Source of the DNA: Priapulus caudatus
Taxonomy: Eukaryota
Length of the DNA stretch: 64,000 bases
Direction: 5' to 3'
Assembly: GCF_000485595.1 (NCBI RefSeq)
Contig: NW_014577062.1
Coordinates: forward strand, 950,012-1,014,011
Shown here one piece after another: positions 27,518-39,993 of this stretch. The notes under the pieces are model-generated. The model was not told the DNA's origin. It saw nothing but the letters and a program-made list of their open reading frames with translations, and ran no database searches. A program made the translations under genes and the position numbers. Each line of letters opens with the position of its first letter. Positions within the stretch are counted from its first letter, which is position 1.

Positions 27518-30303
27518 CATGAAGCGACTGCGTCGAGCGCATTTCTCAATCTTCCGGCCGCCTTTCACCTGCTCTCTTATTTCATGTTGTTTGTGGCACA
27601 GCAGCACAGCGCGGGCGAGGCGCGTTCGGTGTACTTGTTTTTGCAGATGAGCATTTGAGACCGGCATTTATTACGACGAGTATCATGAGCAAAATACAGT
27701 AGAAGAAACATAAGATTTTGTACACGTTCAGTGTTTAATTTGACCATTATTTTTTTTATTTGTAGACGTTCCAAAGTGACCTGTGACTGAGAAGGGTCTA
27801 GTTTCCCGCGGGGCGGGGGCTCCGGAAACGTACTCTGGGTAACGGTCCCGGTACTGCGAACGTACCCCTGGTACTATTAATGGCCGGACCGGTCCCTCGC
27901 CTACTCTCAACTAACGAGTGCTAGGGAGTTCGCTCTACCGGCTTAATCCCTAACCCTAACCCGAAACCGAAAACCCTAACCGCTAAATCTGAACCTGAAA
28001 GCATTAATCAAATAGTGACGGGGCAGGTACGTGTCGGGTATAGCCGAGCCGGAGACGCGTACCCAGGTTACGTCCGTGAAGATACCCTGGGGACATAGAC
28101 CTGATGAGTCTATACTCAAGGCCTGCCCCTATTACGCCCAAGAAATGTTATTGAATAGGGTTAGAATTACAGTTTTCAAACATTGGCTGCAGCGTAAACA
28201 CGTAGTTGTCCTTATTGGCCAAAGGAACACTTCACATGTGTATATAGCGCAAATAATCGGTATACATCCACGCTTCTGTAACCATCAGTGTGCTACAGCG
28301 CTGGGTACTTACAGGTGTACAGCGATCTTTTTTGAGACGAATAACAAAATTTAATTGAATTTGACACCGATGTTTAACTGATCATCCGACTGTCGACTAA
28401 AATTCGCAAATGAGATCAAACATGGGGGAAATTAAACGATGCTGGCGGTTCTTCATGTAAACCAGCCCCTACATCCCGAGAACATGTCATCTAAGTTTTT
28501 AGCAACAATGGCCCACGCATTGGTGAAACATCGTTTCACTTACTTTGGTGTGTAATGGCCGTGAGAGTGCTATCGTGCAGCTAGGTCGACTATTTCTGAG
28601 TATTTTCCCTAGCGAGTCTTTTCCGTTTTCGGGTTTTCGCGTTCTCTCTCCATTGACTCATGGCAGTGTAAACATGGCGGTGACAAGCTGATTGGAAAGG
28701 TTGATATCTGTGAGAATGGTAGCGCAGATATAACCATGAATTAAAGAGATACAATTTCTAGTTTAGAACAGCAACTGTGAGTTAACGTTCATGGTATTTC
28801 AAACAAGGGAAGTCAAAGGTGGTAATAGCATCGTTTATTTGAGACTATACAGAGTTAGTTAACCATCTAAGATCTGCAGATGGTGATAGTTTTGTGTATG
28901 GAAGGGGTGTCAGCTGTATAGACACATCTCGTCCGCACAGCCTTGGTCGGGCTATAGGCCCCCCTACTGACTTTGTACCGGTAGTACCAATAAATTTGGC
29001 CCTAAAAAATTTTATATCTGATGTGTATAATTTAGGGCCTTCCAAATGACACAAACCTGTGAACTCTGTCGTGCCAAAATGCACGACAACAACACATTTT
29101 CCCTATTTATGGCCGTGTTTACATAGAAAATCAAAAGAAGACGTTAAAGCCGTCGCTTTATTTGCACCTTTGACTATTTGAGAATATTTCTTTTCTATCA
29201 GCACAGTGCTTTTTATTGTATGATTCGTGTATCCAGTGGCGATGCGATGCCTAAGTACGGTATGTGAGTGCTCAGGGGGTCGTTGTCGTACAGGTACTTG
29301 ACATGAATATGTACTCCGAGGTACATATATGTATCACAAAGTTGTAACAGATATTGTCACTATCAGAAGTGAGGCCTAACCTCTAAACTAAGCGCCTAAC
29401 CACCTAACCTAACCGCTAAACCTAAACCCTAACCGCTAAAAATACTCATATAACAATATAAACATAACTACTATAGCAACCTAAAACTAAACTCGGTAAC
29501 AATATCAGTAGACCTCTGTTTAGAACTCACCGACACCTTGTGCGGCTAGTAAGTCCACGATTGTGGGATGACTCGTAGTATAAGTGTGTTCACCTACGTT
29601 TGGGACCCATCGATATAGCCCACTAACTAATCAGAATACTGAGGCACATGCTCCATTACCTGGGCATAAGGTACGTAGTCCCACACTTAGTCTTTCGGAT
29701 ATCCAATATAAACTATATAAGGATTGAATGACCTAATGATTGATAATTACCCTAACCCGTAAACCTACACCCTAACCTAAATGACATTAAAACACAAACC
29801 TATGATATCGAACCGTACGGAGGTGGGGATATAATATATATATTATAATATTAATAGATATACTATGTTTATAGACACCGCCGCATAGTGTGGGCAAGAA
29901 CTAACTACCGCCGGTGCTAAGATCGGATTGGGGCCGTAAAGTGCCGTCTGGGCGTGTGATGGCACTTGGGTTGTGGAAAGGCGGTCGTGGTGTGTTGCCG
30001 AATGATGAGATTGCAGAGTACTTTATACCTAAATTCAAATCACCAAGAGTGCTGGCACTTTAGGTCTAATCTAGAAAGTATGACCGTAACGTGTGCAAGA
30101 CTCCATGCTGCTGTCACTTAGTCTCACAAAGATTGAAGCCTAATATAGGACCTGCGTAAATGTAGTTCCTCAGATCTCGGTCTTCAATCAAGGTATAACA
30201 AAAGCAGTGACCGCTCCCTCACCCAAAAAAATGCTACTGCACTGCGCGATTAGTTTGCATGTGCCTACTATCCTCGGCAACAACTCCGCAGTCAGGCCAC
30301 CAG

Positions 30304-30903
30304 CAGGGCTCGATTTAAGGCGACGAGCAAGGCAAGGCAACTTTTTTTAGGGCATGTGAGACAGTCGCCTTGAATTTCTCTAAAATAGAAAGCACCAAGG
30401 CACTCTCAATGAGGAAGGGCACCAACAGGCACTTGTAAAAATAAAGGAAAAGCTCATAACAAACTTAGTACATCAACATCGTCTTTGCTTTTAATGTACA
30501 AAACAATATGCTCCCCATAGTCAAGCCTACACCGTAACAGCACTCGACCCTGTACCGCACCTCTGCTAAGAAGTACAGTAACAAGGAAATTTACATGCCC
30601 GCATCGAGGAGCGAAATAGAATTATCCGATGCTTGTTATTAACTTCTCCTGCGACTACGGTTTTTAGCTCATTCATCTGCGAAACTAGCGAGCACGCCAT
30701 ACGAGGCGCACTTGTGTTAATTTTGATTCGATCTAAAAACGAACGAGGCAGTACGATAAAGGGCACCGACGGCAAGTACACAAAGGGCAAGGCAGTGACC
30801 TGCCATCGGTCGCAGTGATTTTTGCAGGGGGCAGTACGGCGGATTGGATAGGGGCACCGACGCAATTGCCCGTCGGTGCCAGTCGGTTAATGATTCGACC
30901 CTG
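30304..30903. mobile_element. hAT-like MITE present in only one copy of the duplicated SELENOF intron
   Basis: Termini cagggctcga...tcgaccctg with a degraded ccaaccag-like TSD. Empty sites are visible at ~25120-25135 (reverse complement) and ~36488-36505. Confidence 0.7.
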
Positions 30904-31099
30904 CCAGCAGGTGTCAGGCCATATAAAATATAACATAATTTACTTTTTCCCTTCTCAAAAGCAGTGTCATGTTATTTGCATGATAATCAATAATAAATAG
31001 GACAGCAGTGTTACCGTCTGGTGTGTTGGGTAAACACTTTGAATTATTATGCCTGAGTGATTGCATTACCTACTCATGATGCACTTTATGTAGGTACAA

Positions 31100-31247
31100 G
31101 TTTAACGGTGAAGTGAATGACACTAGCATGATATTGCTCTTCGTCGACTGATGTGACTAGCTCTGTATGAACTTGCTTCAGTTTAATTCTTAAACTTAAC
31201 GATGATGCAGACGAGTCTGTACAAGATAGTGCAATGAAACGCCAAGC
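31100..31247 (+). pseudogene. Degraded inverted copy of SELENOF exon 2 (probably raw-read error)
   Basis: Indel-rich reverse-complement match to 24763-24924, within a copy of ~24350-25530 at ~29870-31710. Confidence 0.6.
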
Positions 31248-32579
31248 GTGAGAATTAGCATCTCAGTGTCATTCGATTAAGAGAGAAATACGTAAAACCG
31301 CAATATAAGTCGACAACTTTTGGAGCGGCAGCATATTTGTGTCGAGTACGAAAAGTGGAACGGACTTTGGCGTAAGTGCGTCATTGTTGGGTGACTTATA
31401 CAATGAATGTAATGGCGCGTATACACTGTATAAAGCGCATCGCTGTGTGAGCAGGTCCGGACATTTGCGGATGAGGTGCTGCTCAATTTCTGGAAGCACT
31501 TGCTGGAAAAACGTACGGTAATTTCTGGCGAGTCCGGTGCTCCGTGGAACGCAACTAGTGTCGAGTACGTAGTGTTAGCAGAATAACTTTCATGGATGTC
31601 ACGACGGACTCCCTGCGATTATAGTCAATCAGGGAGTATATTTGGACTCGATTGATTCGAACTCGGTGTTAATTTTCGGCACGCCGCATTGGCTGCATAC
31701 ACTATATACACTTTAATTAAGTCCAAGAAGCGGGATTCAATACCTAGAGTTGTGACAGGACGAAAAAACGGGAAATTAGTGCTATTTCACTACAAGCATT
31801 ATTTCCTAACGCTTGCCTGGCGAGTCCTATAATAATGTTCATGTATTGGGCATAAGCAGAATTCTTTCATCTCTAAAACAAGACGCAACGCGCTTGTCAA
31901 GTGTACGATATTCTCGCCTGAGGCGAGAATATCGGTCCCATAAAGCCTGCCCCGCGCACATCGCAAACGGCGCGGCTTCGAATCCACTCATGTCCCATCT
32001 CTTCACGGCGTCTAAGCATTTCGGCTTATCGGTGTTCCGTCACGCGCTTGAGCGCTGATAATGTATGGTCACATGTGCCCAAATTTGGTGACATACTATC
32101 TGCGCGTGTAACGAATGCTGTAATGTAAAAAAACATTGCCTGGCTCCATACTGACCGGGGCATGTACCGTCTAGGAAAGGTAATGATGATATAGGGCATA
32201 GGCGATCCCGCTCGAGAAGTCACGTCGTCCACGCTGCACCTGCAGCGCCGAAAAGTCATTCATCAAAATTATGCCGCGGAAAAACCGAACCTCACGGAGC
32301 AACGCTTACGNNNNNNNNNNNNNNNNNNNNNNNNNTTTTTGGCAATTGACGTAGCTGTTAAAACTGTCTGTTCTAGATCTAGTTAGTGAAATAACGGCAT
32401 AGGTATTCTGAACTGTTAAGGTTACTAGACACGTAATGAAGACTTATTATATTTTTACTATACTTATGTTATAGTTATAACTCTATAGTTAATACGGTAG
32501 TACTAGTATATAATAATATACGCTAATATTATATAGTATACACTACAGTACAGTATACTAGACGGTCTAGGGCTGAGAG

Positions 32580-34115
32580 CCAACGGCACTTGGAAACGTC
32601 TCATCAAAAAATTCAATGGTAAATAAACCGAAATGTACCAAAGTTTCTAATTGTTTCTCTACTGATTTCGCTATGATCACTGTAAATGGCGGTCAAATGT
32701 CATCGTGCAACACAAAGTAACACCGAACGTCCCCCCGCGCTGTCGCTGACCCGTGCACAAACAACATGATAGAGAGCAGGTAGCGAAAGCCCTGGGATTG
32801 AAAATCTCGCTCGACGCTCGCCTTCATTTCAAACCATCACCATCTCGAATCAACCTCCTATAGCCTTCCCATCTTGGTATCTATGTGTACGATAATGTTC
32901 ACTTGTTCGAATTATAACTCTGGCCTTGTTCTTACCTGAACTCCCCCAGAGATAGCTTGGAAATCCTGCAGAAATTGTGCTCTCCGTGGAAAATGTATAA
33001 GAGCGTTATCATCCGAAATCCCCGAACGGGCACTACTTTCGATCGGATCGCTGTAGTCGGTGTGTGCGTGAGTCATGCCTGCGCGATGTGCTTGGCTTGG
33101 CGGAGCCTCGAAATGGAGCTCGGAGGCCTGGACCAGAACAGCATCATCCGGCATTGCAATGCGCCCCTTTACCATGTATAAACAAGGACATCTCGTCCTC
33201 TACATTTTCCGCGAGGAGCACATTTCGTGCCAGGATTTCGCGAGAGATATATCTTCTGCGCGAGAGTAAAAGTAAGAACAAAGGCCAGAGTTATCATTCG
33301 AACATGTGACATTTTATGCTACAATTTAGCATACACGATGGAAGCTGTAGGAGGTGTTTCGAGATGTGATGGTTTGAAATTGGAAGCGAGCGTCAGATGC
33401 GAATTTTTCAATTCCGCCTCTTCCTACCTGCCCCCTCTCTTATTATGATTGTTTGTGCACGCAGCACAGCGCGGGCGGCGCGTTCCGGTGTAACCTTGTG
33501 TGTTGCAGATGGCATTGACCGGCATTTACAGGTGCATCCATAACGTTTAACAGTTTAAGATAAGATAACCAGTTTATTTTATTCGCTTTATCGCTTACAA
33601 CATTAGACACAAAAATAACAAGGTAAATAGAAAACCATAGCAAGAAGGATGGCCCGAAAAGACCATACGCCGTCACCAACGTCTAAGCCATCCTCTAGAA
33701 AAAATTATAAATGCAGAAGTAAGCGGGCAGCTGTCGTCACGGAAGAAATATAGTAAAATATTGTTCTAGGAGTAATTTACTATAATATTTTAGCTATAAG
33801 TGAACTTTAAATGTGTAGCCGAAAACAGTGTGGAATAAATACAAGTATGAGTGCCCGAAATTACATGATACCAATTGGTTGCATGTTTATGAGATATAAG
33901 TAGAGATAATTTCCAAAAATTAAACAAATTTAGAGCAAAATATTTACAGTAATGACCGTATAAATAACCGTCTGAGATGTTAATTTATAACAAAACAGGC
34001 TAAGTGCATACGTTTATGATACGATATAGGCCGAATACAGTTAGAGAAACGAGACTGGTACATTTCGCTGCTTTATTTACCATTATTTTTTTTATTTGAG
34101 ACGTTCCAGTGCCTG
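32580..34115. mobile_element. Large palindromic element (consensus ends cacaggcacttggaacg...cgttccaagtgcctgtg), low-quality sequence
   Basis: 32700-32970 is inverted at 33230-33530. The same right end recurs at ~27540-27790 and ~37415-37636, with a diverged relative at ~23680-23800. Confidence 0.55.
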
Positions 34116-36696
34116 GCCTGAGAGGGTCTATGTCCCCCGGGGGTACTTGCCGGAACGTACCCTGGGTACGCGCGTCCGCGCTTTATACCGGAACGTACCC
34201 TGATACTTATCTAATATGCGGACCGTTCCCTCGCCTACTCTACTAAACGGGATCTTAGGGAGTCGCCTACGCCTATCCCTACCCTAACCCGAACCCAAAC
34301 CCTACCCTAAAATCCTAACCCTAACCATATCAAATAGTGAGCAGGGTACGTTTCCGGATACCGGACCGTTTACCCAGGGTACGTTCGGCAGTACGCTGGG
34401 GGACATCAGGACCCTTATGAGCTTACTGGCCCCCCCTATAGCTCCAAGAGCGGTATTGCTAGGGTTAGAATTACGTTTTCAACATTTGGCTGCAGTAAAC
34501 ACTGTAGTTGTCTTATTTTGCCAAAGAACCTTCACATGTGCATATACATATGAATCGGTATACATCACCTTCTTGTAACCATCAGTGTGCTACGCATGCG
34601 ATGGTGGTACTTACCAGGGGCGGACGAAATTGCACAAAATTTATGATTTGACACTATGTGTTACTATCATTCCGACTGTGCTAAATTCGCAATGGTATCA
34701 AACATGGGTGGAAATTAAAACGATCTGAGTTCTCATGTAAACACCCTACATCGCTGAGAACATGATCATCTAAGCGTTTTCTAAAATGGCCACGCATTCG
34801 TGAACATCGTTTCACTTGCTTTGGTGCTGTAATTGCGTGAGAGCCATCGTGGCAGTCTTGTATATTTCTGGTATTTTCTAGCGAGGTCTTTCCGTTTTCT
34901 GGCGTTTTCCGTGTCTCTCTTCCATCTTGATCTTCATGCGCGTGTAAACATGGGGGTAAGCTGATTGAGAAAGTTGATATGCTGCTCGCAGAAATTAGCA
35001 AGATATTACCATGAATTAAGAGATAAATTCTAGTTTAGAAAGCAGAGACAACTGTGTGAGTTAACGTTCATATTTCAAAAAAACAAAAAAGGGGGAAGTC
35101 AAGGTGGTAAATAGAAGAGTTTTATTTGAGTATCAGAGTTATTCATTCTAGATTGCAGAGGTGATAAGTTTTTTGTATGGAAGCGGGTGTCAGGCTGTAT
35201 AGACAATCCGCTCGCACCAGGCCTGGTCGGGCTATAGGCCCCCTACTGACTGTTACCGTCAGACAATAAATTGTGCCCTAAAAAATGTTATATTCTGATG
35301 TTATTTTTTTTAGGGCCTTCCATAGACAAACTGGAACTCTGCTCGCTGCAAAATGCACGACAACCTTTTCACTATTTATGGCCGTGTTACATAGAAACTC
35401 AAAGAAATTACCTTAAAGGCCGTTCGGCTTATTGTTGCACCTTTTTATTGGCGGAGCTGTTCGAGAATATTTCTTTCTATCACCAGTGCTTTTATCGTAT
35501 GATTCGTATCCAGTGGCGATGCGATGCTAGTACTGGTAGTAGTGCTCAAGGGGTCGTTGTCGTAACAGGTACCCAGATATGTACCGGGCTAATCATATAT
35601 GTATACACCAAAGTGTACCAGATTTGTACTACGAAAGTGTACCCTTAACCCTACCCTACACTAACCTTAACACCTAACCCACCCTAACCTACTCTAACCC
35701 TAACCCTACCCCTTAAACATACCTCATATAAAAAATATAAACATATATACTAACACCGTTAACTACCTCGGGTAATATTCTGTAAGTTACCTGTTACGAC
35801 AACGACCCTTCGTGCGGTAGTAGTACGTTGTGGGATGCTGTAGTAAAGTGTGTTCAATCCTAGTTGGGACCTCGATATATATAATTCACAATATGGGCTT
35901 AATTGCTCCATTACTGGCATTAGGAGTGGCTTCCCAACTTCAGTCTTGATATCATTTAATGACTTTATGATATGATGCTCATTCTAACCCTAACCGCCTA
36001 ACCCTACCCTAACCTAATGACATTTAACCACAAATAATATATGGACCATGACCAGTCTATATATATAATATTATATATTAGATATGTTATTTATGTACCC
36101 CCGCGCATATGTGCAAAAACTATCCGCCGGGTGCTAAACTAGAGATTGCGGCCGTAAAGTGCCTGGCGGTGTGATGCACTTGAGCGTTTGTGGAAGGGGT
36201 CTGTGTGTGTTTTGCAATGAAGAATTGCCACACTTTAACAAATTCCTCACTAAGTGCTGCAGCTTTATGGTCCTATTAGAACGGTTGATCGTAACGTTGC
36301 ACTCCATGCCTGCTGTCACTTCGTCTCACAACAGTGTTAACCTTAAAACTACTGCTAATTAGTTCCTAGCACTCTATAGGTCTTCATCAAGGGATATTAC
36401 AAAGCAGTACCCTCCCCTCCCAAAAATGCTCTGCTACGCGATATATTTGCATGTGCCTACTTAAATCCTCGGGCAACATTCCAGTAAGGCAACCAGGTGT
36501 CAGGCCAATAAATTCATATCATAATTCTTCTTTTTTCCTTCTCAATAAGCAGTCATGTTATCTTGCAATTGATAATTCATAGATAAATTTTAGGCTAGCA
36601 GTGTTACTTCTTGTGTGCTTTTTTAAAACACGCTTTGTAATTATCTATGCCTGGTGATTGCATTCTACTCATTTGCTACTGGTTTATTGTATTTAC

Positions 36697-36864
36697 GTTT
36701 AACTGGTGAGAGTGATTGATAAACTGTCATGATATTGGCTTCTTCGTCGACTTGATTGTGCCGCTCTTGTGATGAACTTGCTCGTTTAATCTTAATACAT
36801 TAGAGGGAATTGACTGGCAGACGATGTGTTTACAAGATAGTGCAACAATAGAAACTGTCCAAGC
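36697..36864 (+). pseudogene. Second degraded inverted copy of SELENOF exon 2 (probably raw-read error)
   Basis: Indel-rich reverse-complement match to 24763-24924, within a copy at ~36085-37150. Confidence 0.6.
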
Positions 36865-37841
36865 GTGAGTAGCATGCTTCAGTGGTCTGTTCTAGATATA
36901 AGGAACTACAGTAAAACTCGCATAAGTCGACACTTTTGGCCACCAGATATTTGTGTTCCCGACTTAGAAAATGACGACTTGCGCGTAACGAGGCCGTGCG
37001 CTGTTGGAACGAACTATTGTCTGTATTGCAGATTAATTTTCATGGAGTCACTACTGCGACTCTGATATGTCAAATTCAGGGTATTTTGACTCGTTCGGAT
37101 TTTCGTGTTAATTTTCGCACCCTGCCATTGGGCTGCATAACTATATACACTGATATCAAGTCTATCAATAGGAGTAAGACAGACTCGTAACCGGCAAATG
37201 TCACATTTAGTGCCTTAGTCTACTTATGCATTTATTGGTGTTTAACTCGCATAAACTCTGAGCCCTCCATTTCAAACCATCACATCTCGAATACACCTCC
37301 TACAGCTTCCATCTTGGTATCTATGTGTACATAAATGTTCACTTGTTCGAATTATAACTCTGGCCTTTGTTGAATCTTACCTACTCCCGCCAGAGATATC
37401 TCGCGAAATCCTGCACTTTTTCATTCCCGCTTTCCTACCTGCTCTCTTATTCATGTTGTTTGTGCACGCAGCACAGCGCGGGCGGGCGTTCGGTGTACTT
37501 GTGTGTTGCAGATGAGCATTTGACCGGCATTTACAGGTGATCATAGGCGAAATAGAGTAGAGAAACATTAAGACTTTGGTACAGTTCGTGTTTATTTACC
37601 ATTATTTTTTTTATTGAGACGTTCCAAGTGCCTGTGCTAATTACTATATTATTATTAATATATTACTATATACTAATACTATAACTTATAAGTATAAGTA
37701 CTAGTATAAGTATAAGTTCTTCATTATCGTGTCTAGTAACCTTAACATTTCAGAATAACTATTGCCTTATTTCACTAACAGATCTAGAACAACAGGTTTT
37801 AACAGCTACGTATTGCAAAATGCCCCAATTCCAATCCTAAC

Positions 37842-37898
37842 CATAAATATAAGAAAAGACGTGGCAAGCAACTTCAAGTTCAAGTTTACGTCCGCCAT
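37842..37898 (-). CDS. SELENOF: SELENOF exon 1 (signal peptide)
   Basis: aacATGgcg... encodes MADVNLNLKLLATSFLIFM and ends at a phase-0 donor (gttagg). It joins in frame to exon 2 (FTLVKS...) to give a typical signal peptide. Its intron-side flank is linked to the exon-2 region through the inverted copy at 32336-32800. Confidence 0.75.
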
Positions 37899-38323
37899 GT
37901 TGCTCGGCGAGACATGCACTTGGCTTAGACGGGTTTGCGTTCTTGTCTACAAGCTCAATATTATACAATGTACATAGATTGTTGCGCATTGACGTGTAGA
38001 ATCGTGGCTGACCAGAAAATTAGGACCAATCTAACACCCGAGCAAATTTAGATGGGCCCTTTGTCTATTGTTTTATTTTGTTTTTATTGTTGTGTACGGC
38101 GATGGGACCAGTCTGCCATGATTGCCCTCTATCTTTTCTGGTTTTACGTGTTTGATGACCGCGTATGAACTTTGACTTTGTTGATGGTTTCAACTACTTG
38201 TGCAATGCCAATGGTTATCACTAATACTATCAGGGTTCAATGTTTACCAGCTCCAAATATAAATATATTCCTGTCGTAATACGGAGGCATACGTAGGAAG
38301 CGATCGCCTAGTGGTTTTCGTAG
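37899..38323. promoter_or_regulatory. Putative bidirectional promoter of SELENOF and the zinc-finger gene, including a probable 5'UTR exon ending at 38323
   Basis: SELENOF ATG at 37898 (-); strong donor tag|gtaagt at 38324 (+); CCAAT at ~38026; tgcgca and CRE-like tgacgt motifs at ~37983-37995. Confidence 0.45.
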
Positions 38324-38474
38324 GTAAGTGAGTAAATGCATGATTATGATACGGAAAAGAACTAAGAAGGCTGTTCATAGAGATAGGCCTATACTATAGT
38401 CTATACTCCCATAGGCCTACTACTAGTACTAGTAGTAGTACTATAGTACAGTCAGATGATTCTGCATTCGGTTC

Positions 38475-38639
38475 AAGGATAGAGAACATGGGTCCCAATA
38501 AAACCAATGTCATTTACATCAATATAAATATAATATTATATCAATATAATAGGTTAGGGTTATGGTTAGGGTTAGAATTGGGGTTCTAGGCACATTGTCA
38601 TTGCCATTGGTTGTATTGGGACCCATGTTCTCTATCCTT
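38475..38639. mobile_element. Small MITE with internal TTAGGG motifs
   Basis: TIRs aaggatagagaacatgggtcccaata...tattgggacccatgttctctatcctt. Confidence 0.75.
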
Positions 38640-39229
38640 GGGCCCTGCATTCTAATTTCTATATCTATGACTCCGAGTATGTCTATGACTAGGCCCTATG
38701 GTTCATTTTATTGTATCGTTTGTAACTGTAGTCTGTACATATTAATTACTAATACTATATTAGCTATTACTATAATTTACTGTGTTGCATGGTTTGGATA
38801 ACGACAATATCAATTTTAGCTATGTTGTCTCGATCATCCGAGTGTGATCGATTGTTCTCCAGTAGTGTGTCCAGTGAGTCGCGGTCGATTTTCGAGTCGG
38901 CAGGGGAGTCGCCTGATTTAAACATGTTTGATAATTATTTGAGCCAGCCGGCTGCAATCGCCTAGTGTGCCCGGGTCTGCGATCGCCTAGTGTGCCCGGG
39001 TCTGCGATTGAGCCGGCCGATTCATCAGCCAATTAATCAGCGTGCTGAAAATCCACAGAGTCGCCCGACTCAGTCGCGTAGTGTGTCCACAGAGTCGCCC
39101 GACTGAGCCGGCCGGCTCGATCGCATGAAAAATCCCGTAGTGTGTCCACAGCTTTAGCAGTGGTGATCTGTCTGCTTAATCAACATTGTCTCTCTCCAGA
39201 ACTATAGGCTTGAGTTTAACGTGGGTGTG

Positions 39230-39510
39230 AGCAGGAATTGCTACCATATGCCAGTGATGATCTTGTAGAGGAAGACAAGATGACAGTCTTTTCTTGTTTC
39301 AGAGAGTGACTGCCACTTAAGGTCCTGGAGAATTGCTGTTACACTAGCTGCTATGTATGCAGTTGTCATTTCTGACAAAATGTTTGTGCCACTCGCCCTG
39401 CATTTTTTCCAGTTTTGTAATGTACTGTTTGAGGTATGATTCCCTTACCACTGAACAGTTAATTATTATCCGTGATTGATCTGACTATAGAGAGTCGTAG
39501 GCAATTTCAA
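39230..39510 (-). mobile_element. Degraded CR1/L2-type LINE ORF2 C-terminal fragment
   Basis: The minus strand reads ITKLEKMQ...ASVTAILQDLKWQSLSETRKDCHLVFLYKIITG, resembling the region downstream of the RT domain (LE.VQR.A.R...SVT.ML..L.W.SL..RR...L...YKI..G). Confidence 0.6.
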
Positions 39511-39993
39511 GGTCGACCTCTAGGTACGGACGCTGAGGATGATAACTGCCAGAGTGATTTTTACATCCTCAGTGCGTGGTTCTTTGATATATATATATGC
39601 TTATGATATATGATATGGATTTGGCTTGATAATTGACACTGCAATTCAATAATGTGCATGGTATGCCATAGAGTTTATGTAACTATTTGTGCTTAACTTT
39701 CCCACAAAATATACATTGACCAGCATAACATACTAATATTTATCAATTTATGTAGCTACTCACATCTTCTAACGGAAAGTGACCATTAATTAATGAGCTT
39801 TTGCACTATGCTTTGATATGTCCCTTTCACTGATGAGCATGGGAGGAATGAAAGCTTATGTCACAGTAAAATTATTTTTGAATTTAATTATATTTATATT
39901 ATTATGTTGCAGCTCTGTTACTTAATTATCCGGAGGAGTATAAATCTGAATATAGAAAGAGTAGCAAAAAGCTATAAAGTCTGAGTAAACACA

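Noticed and set aside
28300..28700. Exon-like signals (minus-strand gtaagt donor at ~28310; aacATGgcg at ~28675) as the missing MRPS27 first exon or a new gene
   Set aside because: The sequence is low quality, the two copies disagree on frame, and flank linkage places this block inside SELENOF intron 1 in inverted orientation.
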